From an uncultured Gammaproteobacteria bacterium (GTDB lineage Bacteria; Patescibacteriota; Patescibacteriia; Magasanikbacterales; GWA2-37-8): a stretch of 64,000 nt of DNA. Shown here in pieces: positions 56,078 through 64,000 of the stretch. The notes beneath the pieces were generated by a model, which saw nothing but the letters and a program-made list of their open reading frames with translations, was not told the origin of the DNA and ran no database searches. How positions within the stretch are numbered: position 1 is the stretch's first letter; each line of letters begins with the position of its first letter. The stretch lies in the NCBI GenBank assembly GCA_964465205.1, contig CAYXJO010000004.1:9671-73670 (forward strand), given 5' to 3'. A program made the translations under genes and the position numbers.

Positions 56078-56875
56078 TTAGATGATGAAATTGGCTGTGA
56101 GATAGCCAACACCCATTGGTGCTTCGTAGCAGTATGAACGATAAGTATAGTTTTGATCATGAATAATACCCATGAGTATGAGAATGGCACGAAAGCCGGG
56201 ATCAGCTGCTGCCGCTTTTACGAAATTGGGATCAAATTGCAACATGTTTGCCACATTTTTATTGGCCAAAAGATCCTGAATTTTTTTATCGAATTCCGGA
56301 CCGGACTCGTTGTATCCAGCGGGTGCTTCGGAAGTCAGGGCGTGTGAGAGATCGCCTGAGGCTATCACCGCTATACGTTTATTGGTATTCATGATTTGGT
56401 CATTGATTAGATTGCCGAGGTCCCAATGAGCCTTGAAATCCAATTCAGAATAGCCAATCGGTAGAATATTAGTGTTGGTGAGATGAGAAGACAGAAAAAA
56501 CAACGGCACGGCTGTGGGGTGGTCCAATAGTTTTTCACTGATGAGTACCGTCGGTATGCTATTATCTTTTGTGGCTTCGCGAATAGCCGCAGTGAGTGTC
56601 ATCTCACCGTGAAATTGAAGTTTGGTGGTCAAATCACCAAAATCTCGCAGGTCAGTCTCATAATCCGGCGACATATTTATCGTGAACGCGTCCGGAAGTA
56701 GGTGATTGTGCGACGATATCACCAAAATAGTGTCGGGTTTGCTCAAGTAGAGGTCCTCCTCTAGTTGTGCTAAGGCCTTTCTGGTTTTGTCTAATTTTTT
56801 TAAATCTTCCTCTTTGCCGATTGTAGGCAAAAGTAATGGTGGGTGCGGCGTAATTGCCGCAAAAGCTAGCGACAT
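56078..56875 (-). CDS. Class III extradiol dioxygenase-fold protein (LigB/MEMO1-like)
   Basis: MSLAFAAITPHPP...SSHNHLL pattern. The start was set at the internal Met to avoid overlap with the upstream gene. Confidence 0.45.
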   Translation of the reverse strand: MSLAFAAITPHPPLLLPTIGKEEDLKKLDKTRKALAQLEEDLYLSKPDTILVISSHNHLLPDAFTINMSPDYETDLRDFGDLTTKLQFHGEMTLTAAIREATKDNSIPTVLISEKLLDHPTAVPLFFLSSHLTNTNILPIGYSELDFKAHWDLGNLINDQIMNTNKRIAVIASGDLSHALTSEAPAGYNESGPEFDKKIQDLLANKNVANMLQFDPNFVKAAAADPGFRAILILMGIIHDQNYTYRSYCYEAPMGVGYLTANFII

Positions 56876-56876
56876 A

Positions 56877-59075
56877 TTATTTATTATTAGCGAGAATAAG
56901 TTTATTAGCGGTAACCAACTGAGCCAAGCGACTCGGTTCTGCAAAACGATGAGCATAATCAGATTCGGCCAGTGTTATTATTACGTATTGCTTTTTGGTC
57001 TTTTTGTCTTCTACAAGCATTACCAGATTCGCTCCTACTTCGTCGATATAACCGGTTTTACTGGCTAGGATATTGTATGTTAACTTTTTTTCGTGTAGCA
57101 AAAGATTGGTATTTTGTACGGTACGTTTGCCGATTTTAGGATCATAGGCCGTTTTAAAGGTATAAGAAGCTTTACCGGCGCTGCTTTTAATTATATCATT
57201 TTTCGTTACCTTGACAAATATCTTGAGTAGGTCGCGAGCGGTGGAGATATTCCTGGCATCAAGACCGGTCGGTTCAACGATTTGAGTATTGTCTGCGCCC
57301 CAATCGGCCAAACGTTCATTAATAGAAGCAATAAATGCTTTTTCGGTCAGTCCGCTATTTTGTGCGAGCAAGCGCGCAATGTTGTTGGTTGAAATTACCA
57401 GCGTTGAAACTAAAGCGTCCTCATTGAGGATCTTTTGTCCAGTTTTAATTTTCAGAGCATTACCTTCGGATGCGTATAGTTTGTCATTATAGGTGGTGGA
57501 TTTTTTTAAATCAAAATTTTGAGACAATGCTTCGTTCACGGTGAGTAATTTCGTCAAAGAGGCAATGGGGTATTTGGTGTCAATATTTTTTCCGGCGATA
57601 ATACGTCCGGTTGGGTATTCAGCGATGAGGTAAGCCGGTAGTTTGCTTTTGGCGGTATCGTATACTGTCGCTCCACTGTCGCCCAGGAATTTATCTTTGG
57701 CAGAGAGTAGTGAGCTGTTTAGGAATATCTGTTCACCATCGGGGATGCGTGTTGCCATAGCAAAATCTATATTTACAGCATTGGTTTTTTTGTAACCCAT
57801 GGTGTTGAATGTTTCACGGTCGGCAATCGGACGTTTTTTACCACCCTCCATCGTATAGTACTTATTGGCTTCAGCCAAATAGAGCAGAGTGCCGTCCTGA
57901 AAATCCACCGGTTCCATGGCAATGGTGAGCTTATTTAGTTCTTTGAGTGTATGCTTTTCAATAGACAGTTTTTTGAAATTAACATCGATAATAGCCTTGC
58001 TAATCGGTTTGGCAATACTGTCTTTTACATAAAAGTATGGTTGTTTGAGCTCTGCCACTTGATAAATTACCCCTTGAGGCGCAGTTGAACTAACTGTAAT
58101 AGTTTGACCGATTTTGTATCCGACAATGTCGGTATCAGTGACATCGATAATTTCGTCTGGATTGTACCCCATTTTTCGTACTACTTCGGCCGAGGCAAAA
58201 GGACGTAGGGTGTCATAGTCCAATAAATAAGTGGTAGCCGGTGTTTTTAGAATAGAATAATTGGGAAATGCTATATCCGGCCCGGCGGTATAATTGGACA
58301 ACTCACTGTCCGGTACAGTAATGGCCATTTTTGGGTCAATCCGAGTGACGAGCGCACTCATGTTTTTGAATTTACGCTTGTTGTTATTCGTAATCAACCA
58401 ATATTCACTAGTCGAGGCGGATTTGAGTAATGTGCCATTGGGATATGTTTGGCCGAACCATGTTTCCCAAATACGCCAAAAATTTTTGTTGCCATGCAAA
58501 TGAGGGGTATAGGTGTACAAAAACGCTGTCGCCCAGCTCTGGGGGGTGACCAAGGTATCGTCGATAGTAGTGGGTGTGTCTTTCTTTTTTACAAAACTTT
58601 TGTCGGTATTGTCATAGTACCAGCGCATGATGCCGGCGGCGTTATCCACCTGCTTATCAAAGCCTTGAAATGTTTGAATTTTGGGGTCGTCCATTGAACA
58701 ACTGTCACACACTGCATAACCAGCGGCCCAATCTAATTGTTTCTGGGTGGGGGAGTCATCAGTAACCAAACTCTGTTCTTTTTGCAAAGTGGCCAAAATA
58801 AACTTGGGGTTAATGTTGTAGTTCAGACCGGCTTCGTAGATAATATCGGCAGCGGATTTGGATGTACCGGTAGCGTCTGGAGCAGAGTAGTTGCGCAGAT
58901 AGCTACCGCGTAAATTTAAAAATTGTTGTACGTCGTGATTAGTCCAACTGCGGCTGTCCTGCACTTCGGCATCGGATATAATGAAATTGGGGTTGAAATC
59001 TGACTGAGCAAGGGCGAGGGTGGGGGCAAATGCCATTGCGCCAAACAACAAAATTGATAGGCCTTTTTTGAGCAT
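56877..59075 (-). CDS. Secreted D-alanyl-D-alanine carboxypeptidase-like (S11, PBP5/6-type) C-domain with a large N-terminal extension
   Basis: Signal peptide MLKKGLSILLFGAMAFAPTLALAQS. SxxK in YPIASLTKLLT. KTG in ASKTGYIDEVG. Confidence 0.6.
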   Translation of the reverse strand: MLKKGLSILLFGAMAFAPTLALAQSDFNPNFIISDAEVQDSRSWTNHDVQQFLNLRGSYLRNYSAPDATGTSKSAADIIYEAGLNYNINPKFILATLQKEQSLVTDDSPTQKQLDWAAGYAVCDSCSMDDPKIQTFQGFDKQVDNAAGIMRWYYDNTDKSFVKKKDTPTTIDDTLVTPQSWATAFLYTYTPHLHGNKNFWRIWETWFGQTYPNGTLLKSASTSEYWLITNNNKRKFKNMSALVTRIDPKMAITVPDSELSNYTAGPDIAFPNYSILKTPATTYLLDYDTLRPFASAEVVRKMGYNPDEIIDVTDTDIVGYKIGQTITVSSTAPQGVIYQVAELKQPYFYVKDSIAKPISKAIIDVNFKKLSIEKHTLKELNKLTIAMEPVDFQDGTLLYLAEANKYYTMEGGKKRPIADRETFNTMGYKKTNAVNIDFAMATRIPDGEQIFLNSSLLSAKDKFLGDSGATVYDTAKSKLPAYLIAEYPTGRIIAGKNIDTKYPIASLTKLLTVNEALSQNFDLKKSTTYNDKLYASEGNALKIKTGQKILNEDALVSTLVISTNNIARLLAQNSGLTEKAFIASINERLADWGADNTQIVEPTGLDARNISTARDLLKIFVKVTKNDIIKSSAGKASYTFKTAYDPKIGKRTVQNTNLLLHEKKLTYNILASKTGYIDEVGANLVMLVEDKKTKKQYVIITLAESDYAHRFAEPSRLAQLVTANKLILANNK

Positions 59076-59157
59076 ACTTGATAATATTTATTTGGTGGTA
59101 TTATAACACGATTTTGAGTAAATATATAGTAGCGAAGTGTTAATTAGATAGTCTCTC

Positions 59158-59186
59158 CTTGACAAAGTCAGTGTTTTGTGTTACAA
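59158..59186 (+). promoter_or_regulatory. Perfect-consensus sigma70 promoter TTGACA-N17-TACAAT for the GC-rich lipoprotein gene
   Basis: TTGACA at 59158-59163 and TACAAT at 59181-59186. Confidence 0.55.
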
Positions 59187-59280
59187 TGTCATGTCTTGTT
59201 CTTTGCTAACTGACTGAGTTATGCCGTGCCATGGTGGTTCGGTATCGAATAATAACAACAAACGAGAAACGAGGTTTTAG

Positions 59281-59781
59281 ATGAGAAAAGCTCTGTGTCT
59301 TTTGATAGGGATGGTTATTCTGGGCACCATCGGTTGCGCTGCCAGCACCAACGAACCGTCTTACGCGGAAAAAGTCTTGGGGGGCACCCACGAACTGCGA
59401 AAGATGGTGGAACGGCAGGGTAGTCAGACCACTACTTCCAGCAGCTTCTTCTTGGTCGTAGGCAGTATGACCCAGACTCAAACTGCCGAAACCCTGATCA
59501 AATTCTCCTGGAAGATGAATGACGGCACCTACGCTATTTCATCTCTGCCTCTGGAGAAAATTCGCGTTCGGATCGACGAAACCGCAACGTCGCCTACCGC
59601 TCAGTTTCGCTGGCGGCCGTGGCGCGGCGGTTGCCTGTGCCGCACTGCGATCCCAGAACTTCAGACGCTAATGGACAACAACGTTGTTTACATGCTTCTG
59701 AACGTGAGATCGGCCGATTGGCCGGTACAGGTCAGCCTTCCGCTCAACGAAAACAAGGCGGAATTCATCCCGTCAAAGTAA
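59281..59781 (+). CDS. Lipoprotein (166 aa) in a GC-rich islet
   Basis: Lipobox LGTIGC in MRKALCLLIGMVILGTIGCAAS. RBS GAGG. GC is about 55%. Confidence 0.6.
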   Translation: MRKALCLLIGMVILGTIGCAASTNEPSYAEKVLGGTHELRKMVERQGSQTTTSSSFFLVVGSMTQTQTAETLIKFSWKMNDGTYAISSLPLEKIRVRIDETATSPTAQFRWRPWRGGCLCRTAIPELQTLMDNNVVYMLLNVRSADWPVQVSLPLNENKAEFIPSK

Positions 59782-59823
59782 AGTGTGGCGAAAAATTCAA
59801 AGGACTGAGCAGGCCGACTGCTT

Positions 59824-59847
59824 CCGCCAGCAATGGCGGTTTTTTTA
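59824..59847 (+). terminator. Intrinsic terminator after the lipoprotein gene
   Basis: CCGCC-AGCAAT-GGCGG followed by TTTTTTT. Confidence 0.65.
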
Positions 59848-59921
59848 TTGACCAACAGTGTAATTTGTGCTAGGGTTATTTCAAAGACAGATCTTTTTAC
59901 AATCTTGCCAGGAGGTCGAGA

Positions 59922-60530
59922 ATGGATATAAAAGCGATTTTAGCGATGATGCGCGTGGTTATGGACCTCAAGAAAGTTAAACGTGCGGGCTGGAACCGTA
60001 AGGCCCAGAAAGGTGGCACCTCTAAGACGAGGAAAGTTAAGGACCTTGAAAGCGTGGCCGACCATACGTACAGCACTGTCATGTTGGCGATGTGGTTGTT
60101 GCCCCAACTGGGTTACGTAATGGCGGAAAATCAGCTCAAAATTATCAAGATGCTGCTTATCCATGATTTGCCAGAAAGTCTGTTGGGAAAAGATCAGATT
60201 GTTTACGACAAAGACGATCGCATCAATTTGACTTTATCCCAGCAAAAGAAACTAATGGAACGAAAAGCCTTGCGTCAATTCTTGATAGCGGTCAAAGCAC
60301 CTGCGGAATACTGGGATTTGTACGTTGAGTTTGACGACAATAAAAGTCGGATGGCTCAACTCGCGCATCAACTCGACAAACTCGATGCGGTACTCCAGGC
60401 TCACCATTACGCCAAGATGCGCGAACAATCTCGGCCGGAAGAATTTTTGGCCGCAGCCAAACTCGTGATCACCGATCCGGTGTTGGTTGAGTTGTTGGAC
60501 AAAATTCCTGGGTTCTACAGCGAGCTTTAA
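59922..60530 (+). CDS. HD-domain phosphohydrolase (YfbR-like 5'-deoxynucleotidase family)
   Basis: Strong AGGAGG RBS. HD motif region VADHTYSTVMLAMWL...IHDLPESLLGD. Confidence 0.65.
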   Translation: MDIKAILAMMRVVMDLKKVKRAGWNRKAQKGGTSKTRKVKDLESVADHTYSTVMLAMWLLPQLGYVMAENQLKIIKMLLIHDLPESLLGKDQIVYDKDDRINLTLSQQKKLMERKALRQFLIAVKAPAEYWDLYVEFDDNKSRMAQLAHQLDKLDAVLQAHHYAKMREQSRPEEFLAAAKLVITDPVLVELLDKIPGFYSEL

Positions 60531-60549
60531 GGATTGGCACACTAACCAC

Positions 60550-60580
60550 GGCGCTCTTCGGAGCGCCTGTTTTATTTTGA
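60550..60580 (+). terminator. Intrinsic terminator after the HD gene
   Basis: GGCGCTC-TTCG-GAGCGCC followed by TGTTTTATTTT. Confidence 0.65.
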
Positions 60581-60590
60581 ATTTATTGAC

Positions 60591-60623
60591 AAAAAAACAA
60601 CCCCACTTTGGAGTTGTTTTTTT
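60591..60623. terminator. Bidirectional terminator (serves minus-strand clpB)
   Basis: Hairpin CAACCCCA-CTT-TGGAGTTG flanked by an A7 run and a T7 run. Confidence 0.6.
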
Positions 60624-60629
60624 ATGTTA

Positions 60630-63257
60630 TTATTTTACTATAATTTTACCCTTATCCACCCCCACTTTTACTTTTTGTCCGTCGTGTATCTTGCTTTCGA
60701 TGATTTTCAGCGCCAATTGATCGAGAATTTCATTTTGTATCAAGCGTTTGAGTGGCCGTGCGCCAAAATCTGGATTAAATCCTTCTTTGGCTAAATATTT
60801 TTTTGCGTTTGCGTCAACTTCTAGGGTAATTTTACGTTCATTGAGACGGACTTGAACATTTTGTAATTGTAAGTCAATTATACTTTCTATATGTTTTTCC
60901 GAAAGAGAGTGAAAAATAACAATTTCGTCGATACGATTGAGGAACTCCGGCTTAAACGATTCATGGAGCATATCCATGATTTTTTCATTAACTCCGTCCT
61001 CGTTTTTTTTGCGATTCAGTTTTTGACCAAAACCCAGTTCGCCTTTTTTGTTGTAATCCAAAATTGTTTGACTACCAATATTGCTAGTCATGATAATTAC
61101 GGTGTTTTTGAAGTTCACCGAGCGTCCTTTGGAATCCGTCACTTTACCTTCGTCCAAAATTTGCAACAAAATATTGAATACATCTGGATGAGCTTTTTCA
61201 ATTTCGTCAAATAATATTACCGAATATGGTTTGCGACGAACTATTTCTGTGAGTTGTCCACCCTCATCGTAGCCTACGTATCCGGGCGGGGAGCCGACGA
61301 TTTTGCTTACACTGTGTTTTTCCATATACTCACTCATATCTACGCGCACCAGAGAATCCTCGGTGTTGAACATAAATTCTGCCAATGCTTTGGCCAGCTC
61401 GGTTTTGCCCACACCGGTTGGCCCCAGGAACATAAATGACCCGATAGGACGATTAGGTTCGGAGATGCCGGCACGATTGCGACGAATGGCATTGGCGATG
61501 GCAGCGATGGCTTCTTCTTGCCCAATCACACGTCCACCAAGCTCCTTTTCCATGTCTGCTAGTTTGGAGGTTTCACTTTTGAGCATTTTAGATACTGGTA
61601 TACCGGTCCAGCGCGATACCACCGTGGCGATATCTTCTTCAGTAACTTCTTCTTTTAAAATGCCACGCTTTTTTTGTAAATCTAATAATTTTTTTTCATC
61701 ATTACGAATTTCACCCTCGAGTAAGGGGATTTTGCCATAGCGAATTTCGGCTACTTTTTGTAAATCACCTTTGCGTTCTTCGATGTCGGCTTGTTGTTTG
61801 AGACTATCGATCTCACGCTTACGTTCGTGAATACGAGTGATTACTTCTTTTTCGTTTTTCCAGCGCGCTTCTAGTTCGGAAGATTTTTCTTTTAGATCGG
61901 CTAGATCTTTTTCCAATTTAAGCAACCGAGCTTTGGAATCTTCATCACTTTCTTTTTTAAGCGCGCGTTTTTCAATTTCGTATTTAATTTCTTGGCGTTT
62001 CATTTTGTCCAATTCTTCCGGCATAGAGTTAATTTCTAGGCGCAGAGCTGAGGCTGCTTCGTCGATAAGATCGATAGCTTTGTCCGGCAAAAAGCGATCA
62101 CTAATATAACGGTCAGATAATTTGACTGCGGCCACCAGTGCCGGATCGGTAATGCGTACACCGTGATGAACTTCGTATTTTTCTTTGATACCACGCAATA
62201 TGGCTATCGCGTCATCGAAAGACGGTTCTACTACCAGTACCGGTTGGAAACGGCGTTCCAAAGCAGCGTCTTTTTCAATGTGTTTTTGGTATTCTTTTAG
62301 AGTGGTAGCGCCAATACAATGTAATTCACCGCGCGCTAGCATGGGTTTGAGCATGTTGGAGGCGTCCATCGATCCTTCGCTGGCGCCCGCTCCCACAATG
62401 GTATGTAGTTCGTCAATAAATAAAATTATTTTACCACCGCTGGCATTTACTTCTTTGAGTACTGCTTTGAGACGTTCTTCAAATTCACCGCGAAATTTGG
62501 TGCCGGCAAGTAAAGAGCCAATATCCAAAGTGACTACTTCTTTGTTGCGTAGAGATTCTGGGACATCACCGTTTACAATCCGTTGTGCTAATCCTTCGGC
62601 CACAGCGGTTTTGCCCACACCTGGTTCGCCGATTAGTACGGGATTATTTTTGGTACGGCGAGAAAGTATTTGCATTACACGGCGAATTTCATCGTCACGA
62701 CCAATTACCGGATCGATTTTTTCTTTGCGAGCAAGATCGGTAAGATTTTTACTGTATTTTTCAAGAGCATTATATTTACCCTCTGGGTCAGGGGAGTCCA
62801 CTCGTTGGTTGCCACGGATGGTGGCTAGTGCTTTTAGAGCTACTTCGTATTGAACACCAGATTTGTTCAATAGTTCACTAATTGGATTTTTGCCGGTCAG
62901 GAATGCTAAAAATAAGTGTTCAACACTAATATACTCATCACCCATGCGTTGCGCTTCTTGGGTAGCGGCTTGGAAAATATGCAGCATTGACTGGCTAAGC
63001 ATTACTTGTCCTAAATTGCCCTGAGGCGCATTTTTAGCTTTTGGCAACTGGTCGATTAATGCTTGTATATCGGCACGTAGAGAAATTAGGTTGGTGTTGA
63101 GTTTTTGCAGAATAGAAACCACAATACCTTCGTCATCTTCGAGAAAAGCAAAAAACAAATGAGGTGGTTCCACCTGGGTTTGACGATTATCGAAAGCAAT
63201 GTGAGCAGCCTCTTGAATTGTTTCTTGAGCGCGATTGGTAAAATTTTGTGGTTGCAT
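60630..63257 (-). CDS. clpB: ClpB disaggregase (two AAA+ modules with a middle coiled-coil)
   Basis: Walker [10 protein letters not shown] (NBD1) and GPTGVGKTE (NBD2). Long coiled-coil M-domain. 875 aa. Confidence 0.9.
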   Translation of the reverse strand: MQPQNFTNRAQETIQEAAHIAFDNRQTQVEPPHLFFAFLEDDEGIVVSILQKLNTNLISLRADIQALIDQLPKAKNAPQGNLGQVMLSQSMLHIFQAATQEAQRMGDEYISVEHLFLAFLTGKNPISELLNKSGVQYEVALKALATIRGNQRVDSPDPEGKYNALEKYSKNLTDLARKEKIDPVIGRDDEIRRVMQILSRRTKNNPVLIGEPGVGKTAVAEGLAQRIVNGDVPESLRNKEVVTLDIGSLLAGTKFRGEFEERLKAVLKEVNASGGKIILFIDELHTIVGAGASEGSMDASNMLKPMLARGELHCIGATTLKEYQKHIEKDAALERRFQPVLVVEPSFDDAIAILRGIKEKYEVHHGVRITDPALVAAVKLSDRYISDRFLPDKAIDLIDEAASALRLEINSMPEELDKMKRQEIKYEIEKRALKKESDEDSKARLLKLEKDLADLKEKSSELEARWKNEKEVITRIHERKREIDSLKQQADIEERKGDLQKVAEIRYGKIPLLEGEIRNDEKKLLDLQKKRGILKEEVTEEDIATVVSRWTGIPVSKMLKSETSKLADMEKELGGRVIGQEEAIAAIANAIRRNRAGISEPNRPIGSFMFLGPTGVGKTELAKALAEFMFNTEDSLVRVDMSEYMEKHSVSKIVGSPPGYVGYDEGGQLTEIVRRKPYSVILFDEIEKAHPDVFNILLQILDEGKVTDSKGRSVNFKNTVIIMTSNIGSQTILDYNKKGELGFGQKLNRKKNEDGVNEKIMDMLHESFKPEFLNRIDEIVIFHSLSEKHIESIIDLQLQNVQVRLNERKITLEVDANAKKYLAKEGFNPDFGARPLKRLIQNEILDQLALKIIESKIHDGQKVKVGVDKGKIIVK

Positions 63258-63400
63258 AGTAATTTTAGATGTTTATCACTCTATGTATGAGAGTGATAAT
63301 ATTTTATCATACTTGACCAAGTTGTCAAGTTCAGCTAGTATTATAGCGAAAATGGCTAAAAATAGACATGGATCTTTGACAGGAGAAAGGGGATATATCA

Positions 63401-64000
63401 ATGAGTAAAAAAGAAATGGCGGGCTGGGGAGGCCCCTGGATTTTTTTTCGGGAACTTTGTCGAAGTTGGTTTCATCGATCGCCTGGTCTGGTAGGCTTCT
63501 GGCTGCTGATGGTGCTGAAATATACGCCCATTGAACTCACCAAAGTATTCGTGGGCGTGGCCGTACCAGTACTACTGGCCGAATATGTGCGTCTACGGCT
63601 CGATCGTTGGCGAGTGGTGTTGGCAGTGGAGCCGGAAAAAAAGAAAGAGTACTTGAGTGCTCTTGATCAGTTCTTCAACACTGAAGTAAACAAGTTGACA
63701 TTGGGAAAACGTACCTTGGATCTGGTATTGCGCATCGCGCAGTATCTGAACAATGTATGGGGACCAAAGTTCCTCTCTCGGCCAAGCGAACGTTACACCT
63801 ATACCGCCATGAGTAAATCAGTGGCCGGATTTGCCTTTGCATGGTCGCTCACGTGGTATTTGCCGCATTGGATTCCCGGGATGGTGTGCCTGTATTTCGC
63901 TTTTGTAGACACCAGCGCGAAGTGGGGTTTACATTTGCCAATCAAAAAAATTGGTTGGAAAAACACAGGCAACAAATCCTGGGGAGGCCTATTCTTTGGT
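63401..64000 (+). CDS. Partial (3'-truncated) hypothetical membrane-associated protein in a GC-richer segment. Not listed in the ORF track because no stop codon occurs within the window.
   Basis: RBS AGGAGAAAGGGG 9 nt upstream of the ATG. The frame is open to the window end (200 codons). A hydrophobic segment reads GLVGFWLLMVLKY...VFVGVAVPVLLA. GC is about 50%. Confidence 0.4.
   Translation, partial: MSKKEMAGWGGPWIFFRELCRSWFHRSPGLVGFWLLMVLKYTPIELTKVFVGVAVPVLLAEYVRLRLDRWRVVLAVEPEKKKEYLSALDQFFNTEVNKLTLGKRTLDLVLRIAQYLNNVWGPKFLSRPSERYTYTAMSKSVAGFAFAWSLTWYLPHWIPGMVCLYFAFVDTSAKWGLHLPIKKIGWKNTGNKSWGGLFFG

Noticed and set aside
1-64000. Search for transposases, integrases, IS inverted repeats or phage structural genes that could explain the GC-rich island and islets
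   Set aside because: No DDE/serine/tyrosine recombinase-like ORF was recognised in any frame, and no attL/attR-like direct repeats at island junctions. The mobility mechanism remains unknown.

Overview
This window is low-GC (roughly 38-40%) and AT-rich, and its gene content looks like a small-genome bacterium, possibly CPR/Patescibacteria-like (inference). Recognisable genes include scattered peptidoglycan genes (murC, mraY, murB, murF, a class-B PBP, a DacA-like carboxypeptidase), fmt-def, clpB, hpf, gpsA, a single-chain transketolase, a P-type ATPase and a radical-SAM enzyme. There are also GT4/GT2/GT-C glycosyltransferases, two O-antigen-ligase-like proteins (one fused to NUDIX), an LtaS-like sulfatase, and one tRNA-Glu(CUC) with no encoded CCA.

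Features that stand out:
(1) The left end holds two convergent very large proteins, one 5'-truncated at about 975 aa or more and one of 1945 aa. The 1945-aa protein has two Gly/Ala-rich transmembrane hairpins, a His-rich segment with a tandem SGHIH motif (M23-like), a poly-Pro linker and a K/A/T/P-rich tail.
(2) A roughly 7.7 kb island of about 62% GC (9.56-17.25 kb) has its own GGAGG RBSs and GC-rich terminators. It encodes a membrane-anchored coiled-coil protein, an OMP-like beta-barrel, and two paralogous acidic lipoproteins built from about 40-aa Cys-rich repeats (CDDGNACT...), which resemble the Myxococcus-type disulfide repeat.
(3) Several further GC-rich islets of 0.2-1.3 kb encode small membrane, secreted or lipoproteins. 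Three of them sit divergently from three copies of a roughly 80 bp consensus sigma70 promoter cassette (TTGTCA-N17-TAAAAT).
(4) A waaL-like gene is bracketed by an inverted pair of roughly 113 bp GC-rich palindromic structured elements whose sequence differences between copies are compensatory.
(5) The island leaders carry several short conserved motifs and hairpins (GGATTAGAAAAACAA, TGGTACAAAG-stem hairpins, conserved-loop hairpins).

No CRISPR array, transposase or integrase was recognised. All calls rest on reading the six-frame translations and the DNA directly; no database searches were run.
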